A stretch of 56,475 nucleotides of DNA. It comes from Pseudomonadota bacterium (lineage in GTDB: Bacteria > Pseudomonadota > Gammaproteobacteria > Thiohalospirales > Thiohalospiraceae). Below are positions 25,674 through 36,307 of the stretch, piece after piece. The stretch spans positions 1 to 56,475 of the forward strand of contig JBNJED010000001.1 in assembly GCA_051745535.1 (NCBI GenBank), read 5' to 3'. The position numbers and the translations under genes are program-made. The first letter of the stretch is position 1. The number at the start of each line of letters is the position of its first letter. The notes beneath the pieces were generated by a model. That model worked only from the letters and a program-made list of their open reading frames with translations. It made no database searches and was not told the origin of the DNA.

Positions 25674-26228
25674 ATGGAGCACACCGCGAACCATCTCCGC
25701 CCCTCACCGCCGCCCGCCCTGGGGCTGGCCGGCTACAGCGGCGCCGGCAAGACCACCCTGCTGGAGGCGGTCATCGGCCGGCTCGCGGCGGCCGGCTGGC
25801 AGGTGGGCCTGCTCAAGGCGAGCCACCACGACGTCGACCCGGATATCCCCGGCAAGGACAGCCACCGCCTGCGCCACGCCGGCGCGGCAGTGACCCAGCT
25901 CGCCGGCCCCCGCCGCTGGAGCCTCTTCGTGGAGCCGGCTCCGGATGCCCCACCCCCGGAGCTGGCCACGGCCCTGGGCCGCTTCGCCGGCTTCGAACTG
26001 GACCTGGTCCTGGTGGAGGGCTACCGCGAGGCCGGCTTCCCGCGCATCGAGGTCCACCGCCGGGAACGCGGCGGCCCCTGGCTCTTTCCCGACCATCCCG
26101 GCATCATCGCCGTCGCCTGCGACGAGACCCCGCCGGGGGGGGCGCCGCCCGCCCTGCCCCTGTCCGATCCCGACGCGGTGACGCAATTCATCAGCGACCA
26201 CTACCCCGAATTCCGGAGGGACCCATGA
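25674..26228 (+). CDS. mobB: Molybdopterin-guanine dinucleotide biosynthesis protein B
   Basis: GYSGAGKTTL, PGKDSHRLRHAGA and LVLVEGY. Confidence 0.92.
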   Translation: MEHTANHLRPSPPPALGLAGYSGAGKTTLLEAVIGRLAAAGWQVGLLKASHHDVDPDIPGKDSHRLRHAGAAVTQLAGPRRWSLFVEPAPDAPPPELATALGRFAGFELDLVLVEGYREAGFPRIEVHRRERGGPWLFPDHPGIIAVACDETPPGGAPPALPLSDPDAVTQFISDHYPEFRRDP

Positions 26229-27463
26229 CCCGTGACGACACCTGCTACCAGCCCGGCCCCGATCTGCTCCCCGTGGTCGAGGCGCGTCGACGGATCCTCG
26301 CCGCGGCCAACGCGGTCACGGGCACGGAGATGGTGGACCTGCGCACCGGCCTCGGCCGGGTCCTGGCCCAGTCCGTGGCGGCGGCCGAGCCGGTCCCCGG
26401 CTTCGACAACTCCGCCATGGACGGCTACGGCCTGCGCGCCGCCGATGCCGGCAATCCCTTGAACGTAGTCGGACGCAGCCTGGCCGGCAGCCCCTACCCC
26501 GGCACCGTCGGGCCCGGCGAGGCGGTCCGGATCATGACCGGGGCCCCGGTCCCGGCCGGGATCGACACCGTGGTGATGCAGGAGCACGTCACCGCCGACG
26601 AGACGACGGTCCGCATCGACCGGCAGCCGAACGGGGGCGAGAACATCCGCCGCGCCGGCGAGGACCTCGTCGCCGGGGAGACCGTGCTGGAGTCGGGCCG
26701 GCGCCTTCGCCCCGCCGATCTGGGCCTGCTCGCCTCCGTGGGGGTCAGCCAGGTGCGGGTCCACCGCCGCCCGCGGGTCGCCTTCTTCTCCACCGGGGAC
26801 GAGCTGCGCGGCGTGGGCGAGCCCCTGGAGCACGGCACCATCCGCGACAGCAACCGCTACACCCTCCACGCCCTGCTGGAGCGCACCGGTGTGGAGGTCC
26901 ACGACCTGGGCGTGGTCCGCGACGACCTGGCCGCCACCGAGGCGGCCCTGGCCGAGGCGGCGGCCATGGCGGATACCGTGATCACCACCGGCGGCGCCTC
27001 GGTGGGCACCGCCGACCACATCCATACCGCCCTGGCCAACCGGGGCGAGGTCGCCTTCTGGCGCATCGCCATGAAGCCGGGCAAGCCGCTGGCCTTCGGC
27101 CACGTGGGGGACGCGCTCTTCTTCGGCCTGCCGGGGAACCCGGTCTCGGCCATGGCGACCTTCCTGCAGTTCGCCGCCCCGGCCCTGGCGGTGCAGGCCG
27201 GGGAGCCGCCGGCGGAGCCGCGCACCCTGCGCCTGCCCGCCGCCGAGCCCTTCACCAAGGTCGCCGGACGGACGGAGTTCCAGCGGGGGTTCCTCGAGGC
27301 CACGGCGAATGGCGACCTGGCCGTCCGCCCCACCGGCCCCCAGGGCTCCCACATCCTGCGCTCCATGAGCCTGGCGGACTGCCTGGTCATCCTGCCGGCG
27401 GACTCGGAGGGGGTCGCGGCCGGCGAGCGGGTGGAAGTCCAGCTGTTGACCAGCGACGCCTGA
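26225..27463 (+). CDS. moeA: Molybdopterin molybdotransferase
   Basis: FDNSAMDGY, RIMTGA, STGDEL, KPGKP and GLPGNPVS. Confidence 0.95.
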   Translation: MTRDDTCYQPGPDLLPVVEARRRILAAANAVTGTEMVDLRTGLGRVLAQSVAAAEPVPGFDNSAMDGYGLRAADAGNPLNVVGRSLAGSPYPGTVGPGEAVRIMTGAPVPAGIDTVVMQEHVTADETTVRIDRQPNGGENIRRAGEDLVAGETVLESGRRLRPADLGLLASVGVSQVRVHRRPRVAFFSTGDELRGVGEPLEHGTIRDSNRYTLHALLERTGVEVHDLGVVRDDLAATEAALAEAAAMADTVITTGGASVGTADHIHTALANRGEVAFWRIAMKPGKPLAFGHVGDALFFGLPGNPVSAMATFLQFAAPALAVQAGEPPAEPRTLRLPAAEPFTKVAGRTEFQRGFLEATANGDLAVRPTGPQGSHILRSMSLADCLVILPADSEGVAAGERVEVQLLTSDA

Positions 27464-27602
27464 GCCTGGCGCCCACCGCCGGTTCCGGGGTAGAGTTGCC
27501 GGTTCCCCGGATACCGGCGCGGGAATATCTCCCGAAATCCCGGGAACGACATAACGACAGAGACGACAACGCAGGGCGGGCCACCGCCAAGGAGGAGAGA
27601 GC

Positions 27603-29054
27603 ATGTCCAGGATCCCGGCCGCTGTCGCCGCCGCCGTGGCGGCGCTGCTGCTCCCGCTTCCCGCACTGGCCGCGCCCGACGCGCCGGACCTCACCGCCAG
27701 CCTCTACGGCTATATCGCCGTGGCCGTCTTCGTCCTGGCCTACGCCCTGGTGGTGACCGAGGAGTTCCTCCACGTCCGCAAGTCCAAGCCGGTGATGGTG
27801 GCCGCCGGGGTCATCTGGATCCTCATCGGCATCGCCTACCAGCAGCACGGCATGGGCAACGCCGCCGGCGAGGCGGTCCGCCACATGATCCTGGAGTTCG
27901 CCGAGCTGCTCCTCTTCCTCATCGCGGCGATGACCTACATCAACACCATGGACGAGCGCCAGGTCTTCAACGCGCTGCGCGCGCAGCTGGTCTCCCGCGG
28001 CTTCTCCCTGCAGTCCATCTTCTGGATCACCGGCCTGCTCGCCTTCTTCATCTCCCCGGTGGCCGACAACCTCACCACCGCCCTGCTCATGGCGGCGGTG
28101 GTCATCGCCATCGGCGGCGACAAGATGCGCTTCGTGGTGGTGGGCTGCATCAATATCGTGGTGGCGGCCAACGCCGGCGGAGCCTTCAGCCCCTTCGGCG
28201 ACATCACCACGCTCATGGTCTGGCAGAAGGGGATCATGGAGTTCCAGGAGTTCCTGGCGCTGTTCGTCCCCTCGGCGGTGAACTGGCTGGTACCGGCGGT
28301 CTTCCTCGCCATGGCGGTCCCCGGAGGCAAGCCCGACCCCCTCAAGGAGGAGGTGGTCATCCGCCACGGCGGCTGGGTGGTGGTCGGACTCTTCCTGTTC
28401 ACCATCGCCATGACGGTGAGCCTGCACAGCTTCCTCCACCTGCCGCCGGTGCTCGGCATGATGACCGGGCTGGGTCTGCTCAAGGTCTACGGCTTCTTCA
28501 TCCGCCGGGCGGACCTGCGCGAGGGCGATGAGCCGGTGAGCGAGCCGGAGGAGATCGGCCTCTCCGTGGATGACCGCGAGAGCTTCCACCAGCACTTCAA
28601 GCCGCGCCACCGGCCCTTCGATATCTACACGAGTCTCAAGCGCGCCGAGTGGGACACCCTGATGTTCTTCTACGGCGTGGTCCTGGCGGTGGGCGGCCTG
28701 GGCACCCTGGGCTATCTCGCCCTGGTTTCCGAGGCGATGTATGGCGGCCTGGGGCCGACCTGGGCCAACACCCTGGTGGGTGTACTCTCGGCCATCGTGG
28801 ACAACATCCCGGTGATGTTCGCGGTGCTGACCATGGAGCCGGACATGTCCCACGGCCAGTGGCTGCTGGTGACGCTGACCGCCGGCGTGGGCGGCTCCCT
28901 GCTCTCCATCGGCTCGGCGGCCGGGGTGGCGCTCATGGGGCAGGCGCGGGGGGTCTACACCTTCTTCGCCCATCTCAAGTGGAGCTGGGCCATCGCCCTG
29001 GGCTACGCCGCCAGTATCCAGACCCACCTCTGGCTCAACGCCGACCTCTTCTGA
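27603..29054 (+). CDS. nhaD: Na+/H+ antiporter NhaD
   Basis: RKSKPV, FFISPVADNLTTAL, ANAGGAFSPFGDITT, SAIVDNIP and GGSLLSIGSAAGV. Confidence 0.93.
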   Translation: MSRIPAAVAAAVAALLLPLPALAAPDAPDLTASLYGYIAVAVFVLAYALVVTEEFLHVRKSKPVMVAAGVIWILIGIAYQQHGMGNAAGEAVRHMILEFAELLLFLIAAMTYINTMDERQVFNALRAQLVSRGFSLQSIFWITGLLAFFISPVADNLTTALLMAAVVIAIGGDKMRFVVVGCINIVVAANAGGAFSPFGDITTLMVWQKGIMEFQEFLALFVPSAVNWLVPAVFLAMAVPGGKPDPLKEEVVIRHGGWVVVGLFLFTIAMTVSLHSFLHLPPVLGMMTGLGLLKVYGFFIRRADLREGDEPVSEPEEIGLSVDDRESFHQHFKPRHRPFDIYTSLKRAEWDTLMFFYGVVLAVGGLGTLGYLALVSEAMYGGLGPTWANTLVGVLSAIVDNIPVMFAVLTMEPDMSHGQWLLVTLTAGVGGSLLSIGSAAGVALMGQARGVYTFFAHLKWSWAIALGYAASIQTHLWLNADLF

Positions 29055-29060
29055 GGCCTC

Positions 29061-29783
29061 TCAGCCGCCGGCCTCCTCCCCCGGCCAGGGCGGCCGGGAG
29101 CCGGCAGCGGCCTCCAGGGCCGCCAGCCGTTCGGCGTGGGCACTGCGCTCCTCGGCGGAGACCGCGATCCCCGGCAGTGCCGGCCGATCCGCCGGCAGCC
29201 GCCGGATGGCGTTCGCCGCCTCGCCCCCCTCCTCGGCCGCCTCTCCCAGGGAGAGGGCCGTCTGGCCGCCGGTCATGGCGAGATAGACGTCGGCGAGGAT
29301 CTCGGCGTCCAGCAGGGCGCCGTGGAGGTCGCGGTTGCTGTTGTCGATACCGTAGCGCCCGCACAGGGCGTCCAGGCTGTTGCGCTGACCCGGATGGCGT
29401 TGCCGGGCGTAGGGCAGGGTGTCGAAGATGGTGGCGTGGTCGGTGACCCGCCCCCATTCCGGCCCCAGCCGGGCGAACTCGGCGTCCAGGAAGCCGACGT
29501 CGAAGGGGGCGTTGTGGATGATGAGTTCCGCCCCGCGCAGGAAGTCCAGCAGCTCGGCGGCGATCTCCTCGAAGCGGGGCTTGTCCGCCAGGAAGTCGGA
29601 GCCCAGCCCGTGGACCTCGTAGGCGCCGGCATCCACCTCGCGGTCGGGATTGAGGTAGTAGTGGAACTGCCGGCCGGTGTAGCGGCGCCGGTCCACCTCC
29701 ACGGCCCCCACCTCGATGATGCGGTGGCCCTTGTCCGCCTCCATGCCGGTGGTCTCGGTGTCGAGGACGACCTGACGGGTCAT
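29061..29783 (-). CDS. dnaQ: DNA polymerase III epsilon subunit
   Basis: VLDTETTG, HNAPFD, HGALLDA and MTGGQ. Confidence 0.96.
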   Translation of the reverse strand: MTRQVVLDTETTGMEADKGHRIIEVGAVEVDRRRYTGRQFHYYLNPDREVDAGAYEVHGLGSDFLADKPRFEEIAAELLDFLRGAELIIHNAPFDVGFLDAEFARLGPEWGRVTDHATIFDTLPYARQRHPGQRNSLDALCGRYGIDNSNRDLHGALLDAEILADVYLAMTGGQTALSLGEAAEEGGEAANAIRRLPADRPALPGIAVSAEERSAHAERLAALEAAAGSRPPWPGEEAGG

Positions 29784-29787
29784 GGGG

Positions 29788-30234
29788 CTACCTCCCCTGC
29801 TGCATGGCGTCGATGGCCTGGTTGGCCAGGGCATCGGCGCGCTCGTTCTCGGCGTGGCCGTTGTGGCCCCGCACCCACTCCCACTTCACGGTGTGGCGGC
29901 CGGCGGCGGCGTCCAGGGCCTGCCACAGGTCCTGGTTCTTCACCGGCTTGCCGGCCGCGGTCTTCCAGCCGCGGCGCTTCCAGCCGGGGAGCCACTCGCT
30001 GATCCCCTTCTGGACGTACTGGGAGTCGGTGACTACCGTCACCTGGCAGGGCCGATCCAGCGCCTCCAGGGCGCGGATGACCGCCAGCAGCTCCATGCGG
30101 TTGTTGGTGGTCCCCGCCTCGGAGCCGGAGAGCTCCCGCTCGTGCTCGCCCTTGCGCAGCAGGGCACCCCAGCCCCCGGGGCCGGGGTTTCCGCGGCAGG
30201 CGCCGTCGGTAAAGATCTCGACGTGATCGGACAC
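29788..30234 (-). CDS. rnhA: Ribonuclease HI
   Basis: [22 protein letters not shown] and [11 protein letters not shown] start (30234 or 30240). Confidence 0.96.
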   Translation of the reverse strand: MSDHVEIFTDGACRGNPGPGGWGALLRKGEHERELSGSEAGTTNNRMELLAVIRALEALDRPCQVTVVTDSQYVQKGISEWLPGWKRRGWKTAAGKPVKNQDLWQALDAAAGRHTVKWEWVRGHNGHAENERADALANQAIDAMQQGR

Positions 30235-30236
30235 GT

Positions 30237-31010
30237 TCACTCCTCGTAGTGCTGCCCGGCCGCCGGGACGGCGGCCCCCGTGGCGCGCCGCGGACGCCAC
30301 CGCGGACGCACCGGCGTCATGGAGAAGACGCGCTTGCGCGCCACCAGCAGATGGACCGCGCCACCGGGCAGGGCCCAGCCCTCGAGGCAGCGCTCGACGC
30401 CGGCCAGCCGGGCCTGGAAGCGTCGGCTGGGCACCGGCGGCCGCAGCATGAGCGTGCGCTGGACCACGAGGTCGAAACCCAGCAGGGCCAGCCAGTCCCG
30501 CAGCAGGCGACCGCTGTAGAAGCGTCCGCCCCAGGGGACGCGGCCCCGCCGACCGGGGCGGGCGAGCTGCCAGGGGCTGCGGCTGTTGAAGGCCAGCAGG
30601 ACCAGGTGGCCCTCCGGCATGAGCACCCGCTCGGCCTCGCGGAGGACGGCGTGGGGCTCCGCCTCGAACTCCAGGACATGCTCCAGCAGCATGACGTCCA
30701 CCGTGCGCGAGGCCACCGGCAGGGCGCCCGCCTCGGCGTACAGCGCGGGGCAGGCAGCATCCCCGGAGGTGGATTCCGCCGGCGCCAGGCGGAAGGAGTG
30801 GAGGACACGGCTGGCCTCCGTGAGGTCGGTGCGACCAGTGCCGCCGATCTCCAGCAGGTAGTAGCCGAAGAGGTCGGGCAGCACCGCATCCAGCCACGCC
30901 TTCTCCCGCGCCAGCAGCGCCTCCCCGTGGGGCTGGCCGAACCAGTCCGCCAGCTCGCGGTAGCGCTCCGAGGGCGTCATCTCCATGGGGTCGATGATAC
31001 GCACCGCCAC
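30237..31010 (-). CDS. Class I SAM-dependent methyltransferase (YafS-like)
   Basis: [10 protein letters not shown] and [20 protein letters not shown]. Conserved position between rnhA and gloB. The start may be ATG 30986. Confidence 0.85.
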   Translation of the reverse strand: MAVRIIDPMEMTPSERYRELADWFGQPHGEALLAREKAWLDAVLPDLFGYYLLEIGGTGRTDLTEASRVLHSFRLAPAESTSGDAACPALYAEAGALPVASRTVDVMLLEHVLEFEAEPHAVLREAERVLMPEGHLVLLAFNSRSPWQLARPGRRGRVPWGGRFYSGRLLRDWLALLGFDLVVQRTLMLRPPVPSRRFQARLAGVERCLEGWALPGGAVHLLVARKRVFSMTPVRPRWRPRRATGAAVPAAGQHYEE

Positions 31011-31087
31011 CGGTGGCCGCTACACGGCCGACGCCACGGCAAGGCCGTCATTTGACCGCCCCCCCACCGGGTGGAATCATGCGCGCC

Positions 31088-31861
31088 ATGATCCGTATCG
31101 ACGCCATTCCCGCCTTCAAGGACAACTACATCTGGGGCCTGGTGGACACCGACACCGGCCGCGCCACGGTGGTCGATCCCGGCGATGCCGCCCCGGTACG
31201 CACCTGGCTGGCGGATAACGGGCTGACCCTGAACGCCCTCCTCATCACCCACCACCACGGCGATCACGTAGGGGGCGTCCGCGACCTCCTGGCCGACCAC
31301 GACGTCCCGGTCCACGGCCCTGCCCACGGCCGCATCCCCGGCCGCACCCACCCCGTCTCGGAGGGGGATCGCGTGACGGTCGCCGGGCTGGCGGAGCCAC
31401 TGGAGGTGCGCGAGGTCCCGGGCCACACCCTGGACCACATCGCCTACACCGACGGCCAGCGCCTGTTCTGCGGCGATGTCCTCTTCACCGGCGGCTGCGG
31501 CGCCGTCTTCGAGGGGACCAACGACCAGATGTTCACCTCCCTGGAGCGCTTCGCCGACCTGCCGGACCCCTGCGAGGTCTACTGCGCCCACGAATACACC
31601 TTGGAGAACCTGGACTTCGCCCGCCGAGTGGAGCCGGAGAGCCCGGCCCTGCAGCAGCGGCTGGCCGCGGCGCAGGCCACCCGGGCGCGGGGCGAACCCA
31701 CGGTCCCCGCCACCCTGGGCGAGGAGCGGTCCACCAACCCTTTCCTGCGCTGCCGCGAGGCGACGGTGGCAACGGCGGCGGCGCGGTGGGCGGGCCGGGA
31801 GCTGCCGGATGCGGCGGCGGTCTTCGGCGCCGTCCGGGCCTGGAAGGACAGCCTGGACTAG
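31088..31861 (+). CDS. gloB: Hydroxyacylglutathione hydrolase (glyoxalase II)
   Basis: AFKDNYIW, THHHGDHVGG, PGHT, CAHEYT and TNPFLR. Confidence 0.95.
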   Translation: MIRIDAIPAFKDNYIWGLVDTDTGRATVVDPGDAAPVRTWLADNGLTLNALLITHHHGDHVGGVRDLLADHDVPVHGPAHGRIPGRTHPVSEGDRVTVAGLAEPLEVREVPGHTLDHIAYTDGQRLFCGDVLFTGGCGAVFEGTNDQMFTSLERFADLPDPCEVYCAHEYTLENLDFARRVEPESPALQQRLAAAQATRARGEPTVPATLGEERSTNPFLRCREATVATAAARWAGRELPDAAAVFGAVRAWKDSLD

Positions 31862-31902
31862 CCGGCCCGGCATGCGGAAGTCGCCACACGGCGCCCTGTG
31901 CG

Positions 31903-31931
31903 TTGACCGCCCCCGCCGCGCTCTCTACTAT
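31903..31931 (+). promoter_or_regulatory. sigma70-like promoter of mltD
   Basis: TTGACC-N17-TACTAT, ending 9 nt before ATG 31941. Confidence 0.65.
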
Positions 31932-31940
31932 GCCGTGCCC

Positions 31941-33515
31941 ATGACAAGGTTTCGCATACGTCCCTGGCTGCTGACCCTGCTGGCCCTCCTGCTCACCGGC
32001 TGCGCCGGCGTGGAAAAGAAGCCCGCGGAACTGACTCCGCTGCCCGCGGCGGACGACGTACCGGACGTGGTGGAGGTCGAGCCGTCGCCGGACCGGGATA
32101 TCTGGGACCGCGTCCGTGATGGTCTGGCCTTCTCCGATGTCGACAAGCCCGCCATTGAGCCGTACCGGGAGTGGTACGGGCGCAACCCCTCCTACGTACA
32201 GCGAGTAGGTGAGCGCGCCGGGCGCTACCTCCACTACGTCCTGGAACACACGGCCCTCCAGGACCTGCCCACCGAGCTGGCACTACTGCCGATCATCGAG
32301 TCGGCCTACCACCCCTTCGCCTACTCCCACGGCCGCGCCTCGGGGCTGTGGCAGTTCATCCCCGGCACGGCCCGCCTCTACGGCGTCAAACAGAACTGGT
32401 GGTACGACGGTCGCCGGGACATCCATGCAGCCACTGATGCAGCGGGCCGCTACCTCGATGACCTCCACGGCCAGTTCGACGACTGGCTCCTGGCCCTGGC
32501 CGCCTACAACGCCGGCCCGGGCAATGTCCGCCGCGCCCTGGCGGCGGCCCGGCGCGCCGGCGAACCGGAGACCTACTGGGGCGCCCGGCCGTGGCTGCCC
32601 AAGGAGACACAGGGCTACGTCCCCAAGCTCCTGGCCATCGCCGACGTAATCCGTAACCCCGAGGCGCTGGACCTCGAGCTCCCGCCTATCCCCGACGAGC
32701 CACGGCTGGTCCGCGTCACGGTCAACGGCCAGATCGACCTGGCCCTGGCCGCCGACCTGGCCGGGCTGGATGTGGATGAACTCTACCGGCTCAATCCCGG
32801 TTTCAACCGCTGGGCTACCAGCCCGAAAGGGCCTCACCATCTCCTCCTTCCCGTGGATCGAGTGGCTCCCTTCCATACGGCGCTGGCCGCGCTCCCCGAC
32901 TCGGCCCGCACCGGCTGGGAACGCCACCGGATCCAGTCCGGGGAGAGCCTGCGTTCCATCGCCCGCTCCTACGGGACCACACCGGATCGACTCAAGGCGG
33001 TCAATGACCTCCGCGGCTCCACCATCCGCGCGGGGGACCACCTCATGATCCCGGTGGCCCTCAACGAGGACGAGGCCTACTCCCTCACCGAGGAGGCTCG
33101 CACACGGGCCATCCAGAATCGCGCCCGCGAGGGCAAGAAGGTCACGATCCGGGTCCAGCAGGGAGACAGCTTCTGGACCATCGCCCAGCGCCACGATGTC
33201 GGCGTCCGCGAGCTGGCCAGCTGGAACGCCATGGCACCGGGGGACCCGTTGCGTGCCGGGCAGCAGCTGGTGGTCTGGTCGCGCAACGCCGATGCCACTC
33301 CGCAGGACTTCGGCGCCCCCCACAGCCACGATACCCAGCGTCAACTTGGCTATACCGTCCGCCAGGGGGACAACCTCGCCCGGATCTCCCAGCGCTTCAA
33401 CGTCTCCGTGGAACAGCTCCGCGAGTGGAACAACCTCAACCAGGGGGAGTATCTCCAGCCAGGCCAGGTGCTGACCCTCTACGTGGACGTGACCGAGCAG
33501 TCGGGCAGCTCCTAG
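31941..33515 (+). CDS. mltD: Lytic murein transglycosylase D (SLT + LysM), lipoprotein
   Basis: LTGC lipobox, LPIIES, GLWQF, AAYNAG, ETQGYV and three C-terminal LysM repeats. Confidence 0.93.
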   Translation: MTRFRIRPWLLTLLALLLTGCAGVEKKPAELTPLPAADDVPDVVEVEPSPDRDIWDRVRDGLAFSDVDKPAIEPYREWYGRNPSYVQRVGERAGRYLHYVLEHTALQDLPTELALLPIIESAYHPFAYSHGRASGLWQFIPGTARLYGVKQNWWYDGRRDIHAATDAAGRYLDDLHGQFDDWLLALAAYNAGPGNVRRALAAARRAGEPETYWGARPWLPKETQGYVPKLLAIADVIRNPEALDLELPPIPDEPRLVRVTVNGQIDLALAADLAGLDVDELYRLNPGFNRWATSPKGPHHLLLPVDRVAPFHTALAALPDSARTGWERHRIQSGESLRSIARSYGTTPDRLKAVNDLRGSTIRAGDHLMIPVALNEDEAYSLTEEARTRAIQNRAREGKKVTIRVQQGDSFWTIAQRHDVGVRELASWNAMAPGDPLRAGQQLVVWSRNADATPQDFGAPHSHDTQRQLGYTVRQGDNLARISQRFNVSVEQLREWNNLNQGEYLQPGQVLTLYVDVTEQSGSS

Positions 33516-35146
33516 GGGGCCAGTCCGGCCCCCATTCCCGCCTCCACGCGGGGAACCGCCGCCACCAGCCGCTGGGTGTAGGCCTCCCGCGGCGATTCCA
33601 GCACCTGCCGCGTCGCCCCCTGCTCCACGATCCGGCCGGCCTCCATCACCGCCACCTCGTCGGCGAGATAGCCCACCACCCCCAGGTCGTGGGTGATGAA
33701 GAGCAGCGACAGCCCCTCCTCCGCCCGCAGCCGCAGCAGCAGATCCAGGATCCCCGCCTGTACCGAGACGTCCAGGGCGGAGGTGATCTCGTCGCAGACC
33801 AGGAAGCGCGGCTCCAGCGCCAGGGCCCGGGCAATACCCAGCCGCTGGCGCTGGCCGCCGGAGAAGGCGTGGGCGTAGCGATTGAGGCTGTCGGGGGACA
33901 GGTCCACCAGCTCCAGTAGTCGGCGGGCGCGTGCCCGCCGGTCGGCGGCGTCCCGCCCCAGGCCGTGGACCGCCATGGGCTCGGTGAGCATGGTCGCCAC
34001 CGAAAGACGCGGGTTCAGCGCCGAATAGGGATCCTGGAAGACCGCCTGCAGGTGGCGTCGCCGCCGGCGCAGTTCCTCCCCGTCCAGGCGGGCCAGGTCG
34101 TCCCCCTCCCAGCGGATGGAGCCGGCGGTGGGCCGCTCCAGGCGGAGGATGGCGCGGGCCACGGTAGACTTGCCGGAGCCGGACTCCCCCACCAGGGCGG
34201 TAATGCCCCCCCGGTGTACCGTCAGGTCCACCCCGTCCACGGCGCGCACATGGCCTACCGTCCGGCGCAGGAGCCCGCGCCGGACGGGAAAGTGCACCGC
34301 CAGGCCGCGCACCTCCAGCGCCGGCTCCGGATTCGGGGCGGGGGTCGCCGGCCGCGGCCGGCGCTCCGGCAGGGCGTCCAGCAGGGCCCGGGTGTAGGTG
34401 TGCTGCGGCCGCTGCAGTAGTTCCGCCCGCGCCCCGCTCTCCACCACCCGTCCCCGGCGCATCACCGCCACCCGATCCGCGATGGCGGCCACCACGCCGA
34501 AGTCGTGGGTGATGAAGAGCAGCCCCATGCCGGTGCGCGTCTGGAGGTCGCGCAACAGCCCCAGGATCTCTGCCTGGACGGTGACATCCAGGGCGGTGGT
34601 GGGCTCGTCGGCGATGAGCAGGTCCGGCTCGGCCACCAGGGCCATGGCGACCATCACACGCTGGCGCTGACCGCCGGAGAGGCGATGGGGGTATTCGTCA
34701 TAGCGCTGCTGCGGCTCCGGCAGCCGTACCTGCGCGAAGACCGCCTCCACCCGAGCGCGACCCTCGGCGGCGGTGAGCGCGGGCTGGTGGATGGTCAGCA
34801 CCTCCCGGACCTGCTCGCCCACGGTCATCACCGGGTTCAGGGAGGTCATGGGCTCCTGGAAGATCATGGCCATGCGCCGGCCGCGCAGGCGCCGGTGGGC
34901 CTCGGCGTCCAGACCGGCCAGCTCGCTGGTTCCGCCACCGTGCTCCAGGGTCAGGGCGCCTGCGGACATCCGCGCCCGTCCGGGGAGAAGGCCCATGAGG
35001 GCCAGCGCGGTCACCGACTTCCCGGAGCCTGACTCCCCCACCAGGCAGAGGGTCTCGCCGCCGGCGAGTTCCAGGTCGACACCGGCCACCGCCGGCTCCT
35101 CGGCGCCGGGGAAGGTCACCCGCAGGTTGGAGACGGTCAGCCGCAT
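33512..35146 (-). CDS. Peptide/nickel ABC transporter, fused dual ATPase (YejF-like)
   Basis: Two GESGSGKS Walker A motifs and two SGGQRQR signatures. Confidence 0.92.
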   Translation of the reverse strand: MRLTVSNLRVTFPGAEEPAVAGVDLELAGGETLCLVGESGSGKSVTALALMGLLPGRARMSAGALTLEHGGGTSELAGLDAEAHRRLRGRRMAMIFQEPMTSLNPVMTVGEQVREVLTIHQPALTAAEGRARVEAVFAQVRLPEPQQRYDEYPHRLSGGQRQRVMVAMALVAEPDLLIADEPTTALDVTVQAEILGLLRDLQTRTGMGLLFITHDFGVVAAIADRVAVMRRGRVVESGARAELLQRPQHTYTRALLDALPERRPRPATPAPNPEPALEVRGLAVHFPVRRGLLRRTVGHVRAVDGVDLTVHRGGITALVGESGSGKSTVARAILRLERPTAGSIRWEGDDLARLDGEELRRRRRHLQAVFQDPYSALNPRLSVATMLTEPMAVHGLGRDAADRRARARRLLELVDLSPDSLNRYAHAFSGGQRQRLGIARALALEPRFLVCDEITSALDVSVQAGILDLLLRLRAEEGLSLLFITHDLGVVGYLADEVAVMEAGRIVEQGATRQVLESPREAYTQRLVAAVPRVEAGMGAGLAP

Positions 35147-36307
35147 TCAGCTCGCCTCGCTGTCCATGGCATCGCGCAGCGCCTCCCCCAGGAGGTTGTA
35201 GGCGAAAACCGTGCAGAAGATGGCCCCGCCCGGGAAGAGCGCCATCCACCAGTTGAAGGTCGAGGACTGGACCGCCTGATCCAGCATGCGGCCCCAGGTG
35301 GGGGTATCCACCGGCCCCAGCCCCAGAAAGCTCAGGGTCGCCTCCGCCAGGATGGCCGAGGCGACGCCGAAGCTCGCCGTGACCAGCACCGGCGCCATGC
35401 CGTTGGGGAGCATGTGGCGAAAGAGGATGGAGCGCAGGGGCAGCCCGGCGACCACCGCCGCCTGGACGTACTCCTGCTGGCGCAGCTTGAGGAACTCCGC
35501 CCGCACGTAGCGGGCGTAGACCGACCAGCTGGTGAGCCCGATGATGACCATCATCAGGTAGAGATCGCGGCCGAAGAAGGCGACGAAGATGAGCAGCAGG
35601 AAGAGGGTCGGAATGGCCTCCACCACCTCCACCACCCGCATGCCGAGGATATCCACCACGCCGGAGAAGTAGCCCATGACCCCGCCGATGACCACGCCGA
35701 TGGCCAGGGCGATGCCGGTAGCCACCAGCCCGATCCCCAGGGCTACCCGGGTGGCGTGGATCATCCCGGCTAGCAGATCGGAGCCGCCGGCCTCGGTCCC
35801 CATCCAGTGGACCCGCTCCGGCGCCGCCTCCAGCGGCGCCTCCAGGCCGGTATTGCCGTAATCGCGGAGGTAGTCCGCCGGGCTCCAGGGCACCGGCGCC
35901 CAGACCGCCCAGTCCCACTGCCCGGCCGCCGCGGCCTGGCGCGGCTGTTCGTGTGCCACCAGCCGCGGCGGGTCCAGCAGGGTGTGGCTGGCCACCAGGC
36001 CGCAGGCCAGCACCGTCGCGGCCACCACCACCGCCCGCCGGGGCCGCCGCCGGGTTAACCAACCCGCCAGCGCGGCGGCGAAGGCCGCCAGCAGGGCGCC
36101 ATCTCCCGGTGCGAGGTGGGTGAGAACCGGGCTCTCGATGCCGCTCTCGCCGGCCACGAGCAGCGGCTGGCTGCTGGCCATGAAGGGGGCAAAGACAGCC
36201 AGCAGGGCCACGGCGGCGATCCAGGCCAGCCCCAGCCGGGCCCCGAGCCGGGCCAGGACGCTGCGGGCGATGGCCCGGGCCGGTGTCACCGCCTCCCCTT
36301 CAGTCAT
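35147..36307 (-). CDS. Peptide ABC transporter permease (OppC/YejE-like)
   Basis: HWMGT, EAA-loop (EYVQAAVVAG), FRHMLPN and EATLSFLGLG. Confidence 0.9.
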   Translation of the reverse strand: MTEGEAVTPARAIARSVLARLGARLGLAWIAAVALLAVFAPFMASSQPLLVAGESGIESPVLTHLAPGDGALLAAFAAALAGWLTRRRPRRAVVVAATVLACGLVASHTLLDPPRLVAHEQPRQAAAAGQWDWAVWAPVPWSPADYLRDYGNTGLEAPLEAAPERVHWMGTEAGGSDLLAGMIHATRVALGIGLVATGIALAIGVVIGGVMGYFSGVVDILGMRVVEVVEAIPTLFLLLIFVAFFGRDLYLMMVIIGLTSWSVYARYVRAEFLKLRQQEYVQAAVVAGLPLRSILFRHMLPNGMAPVLVTASFGVASAILAEATLSFLGLGPVDTPTWGRMLDQAVQSSTFNWWMALFPGGAIFCTVFAYNLLGEALRDAMDSEAS

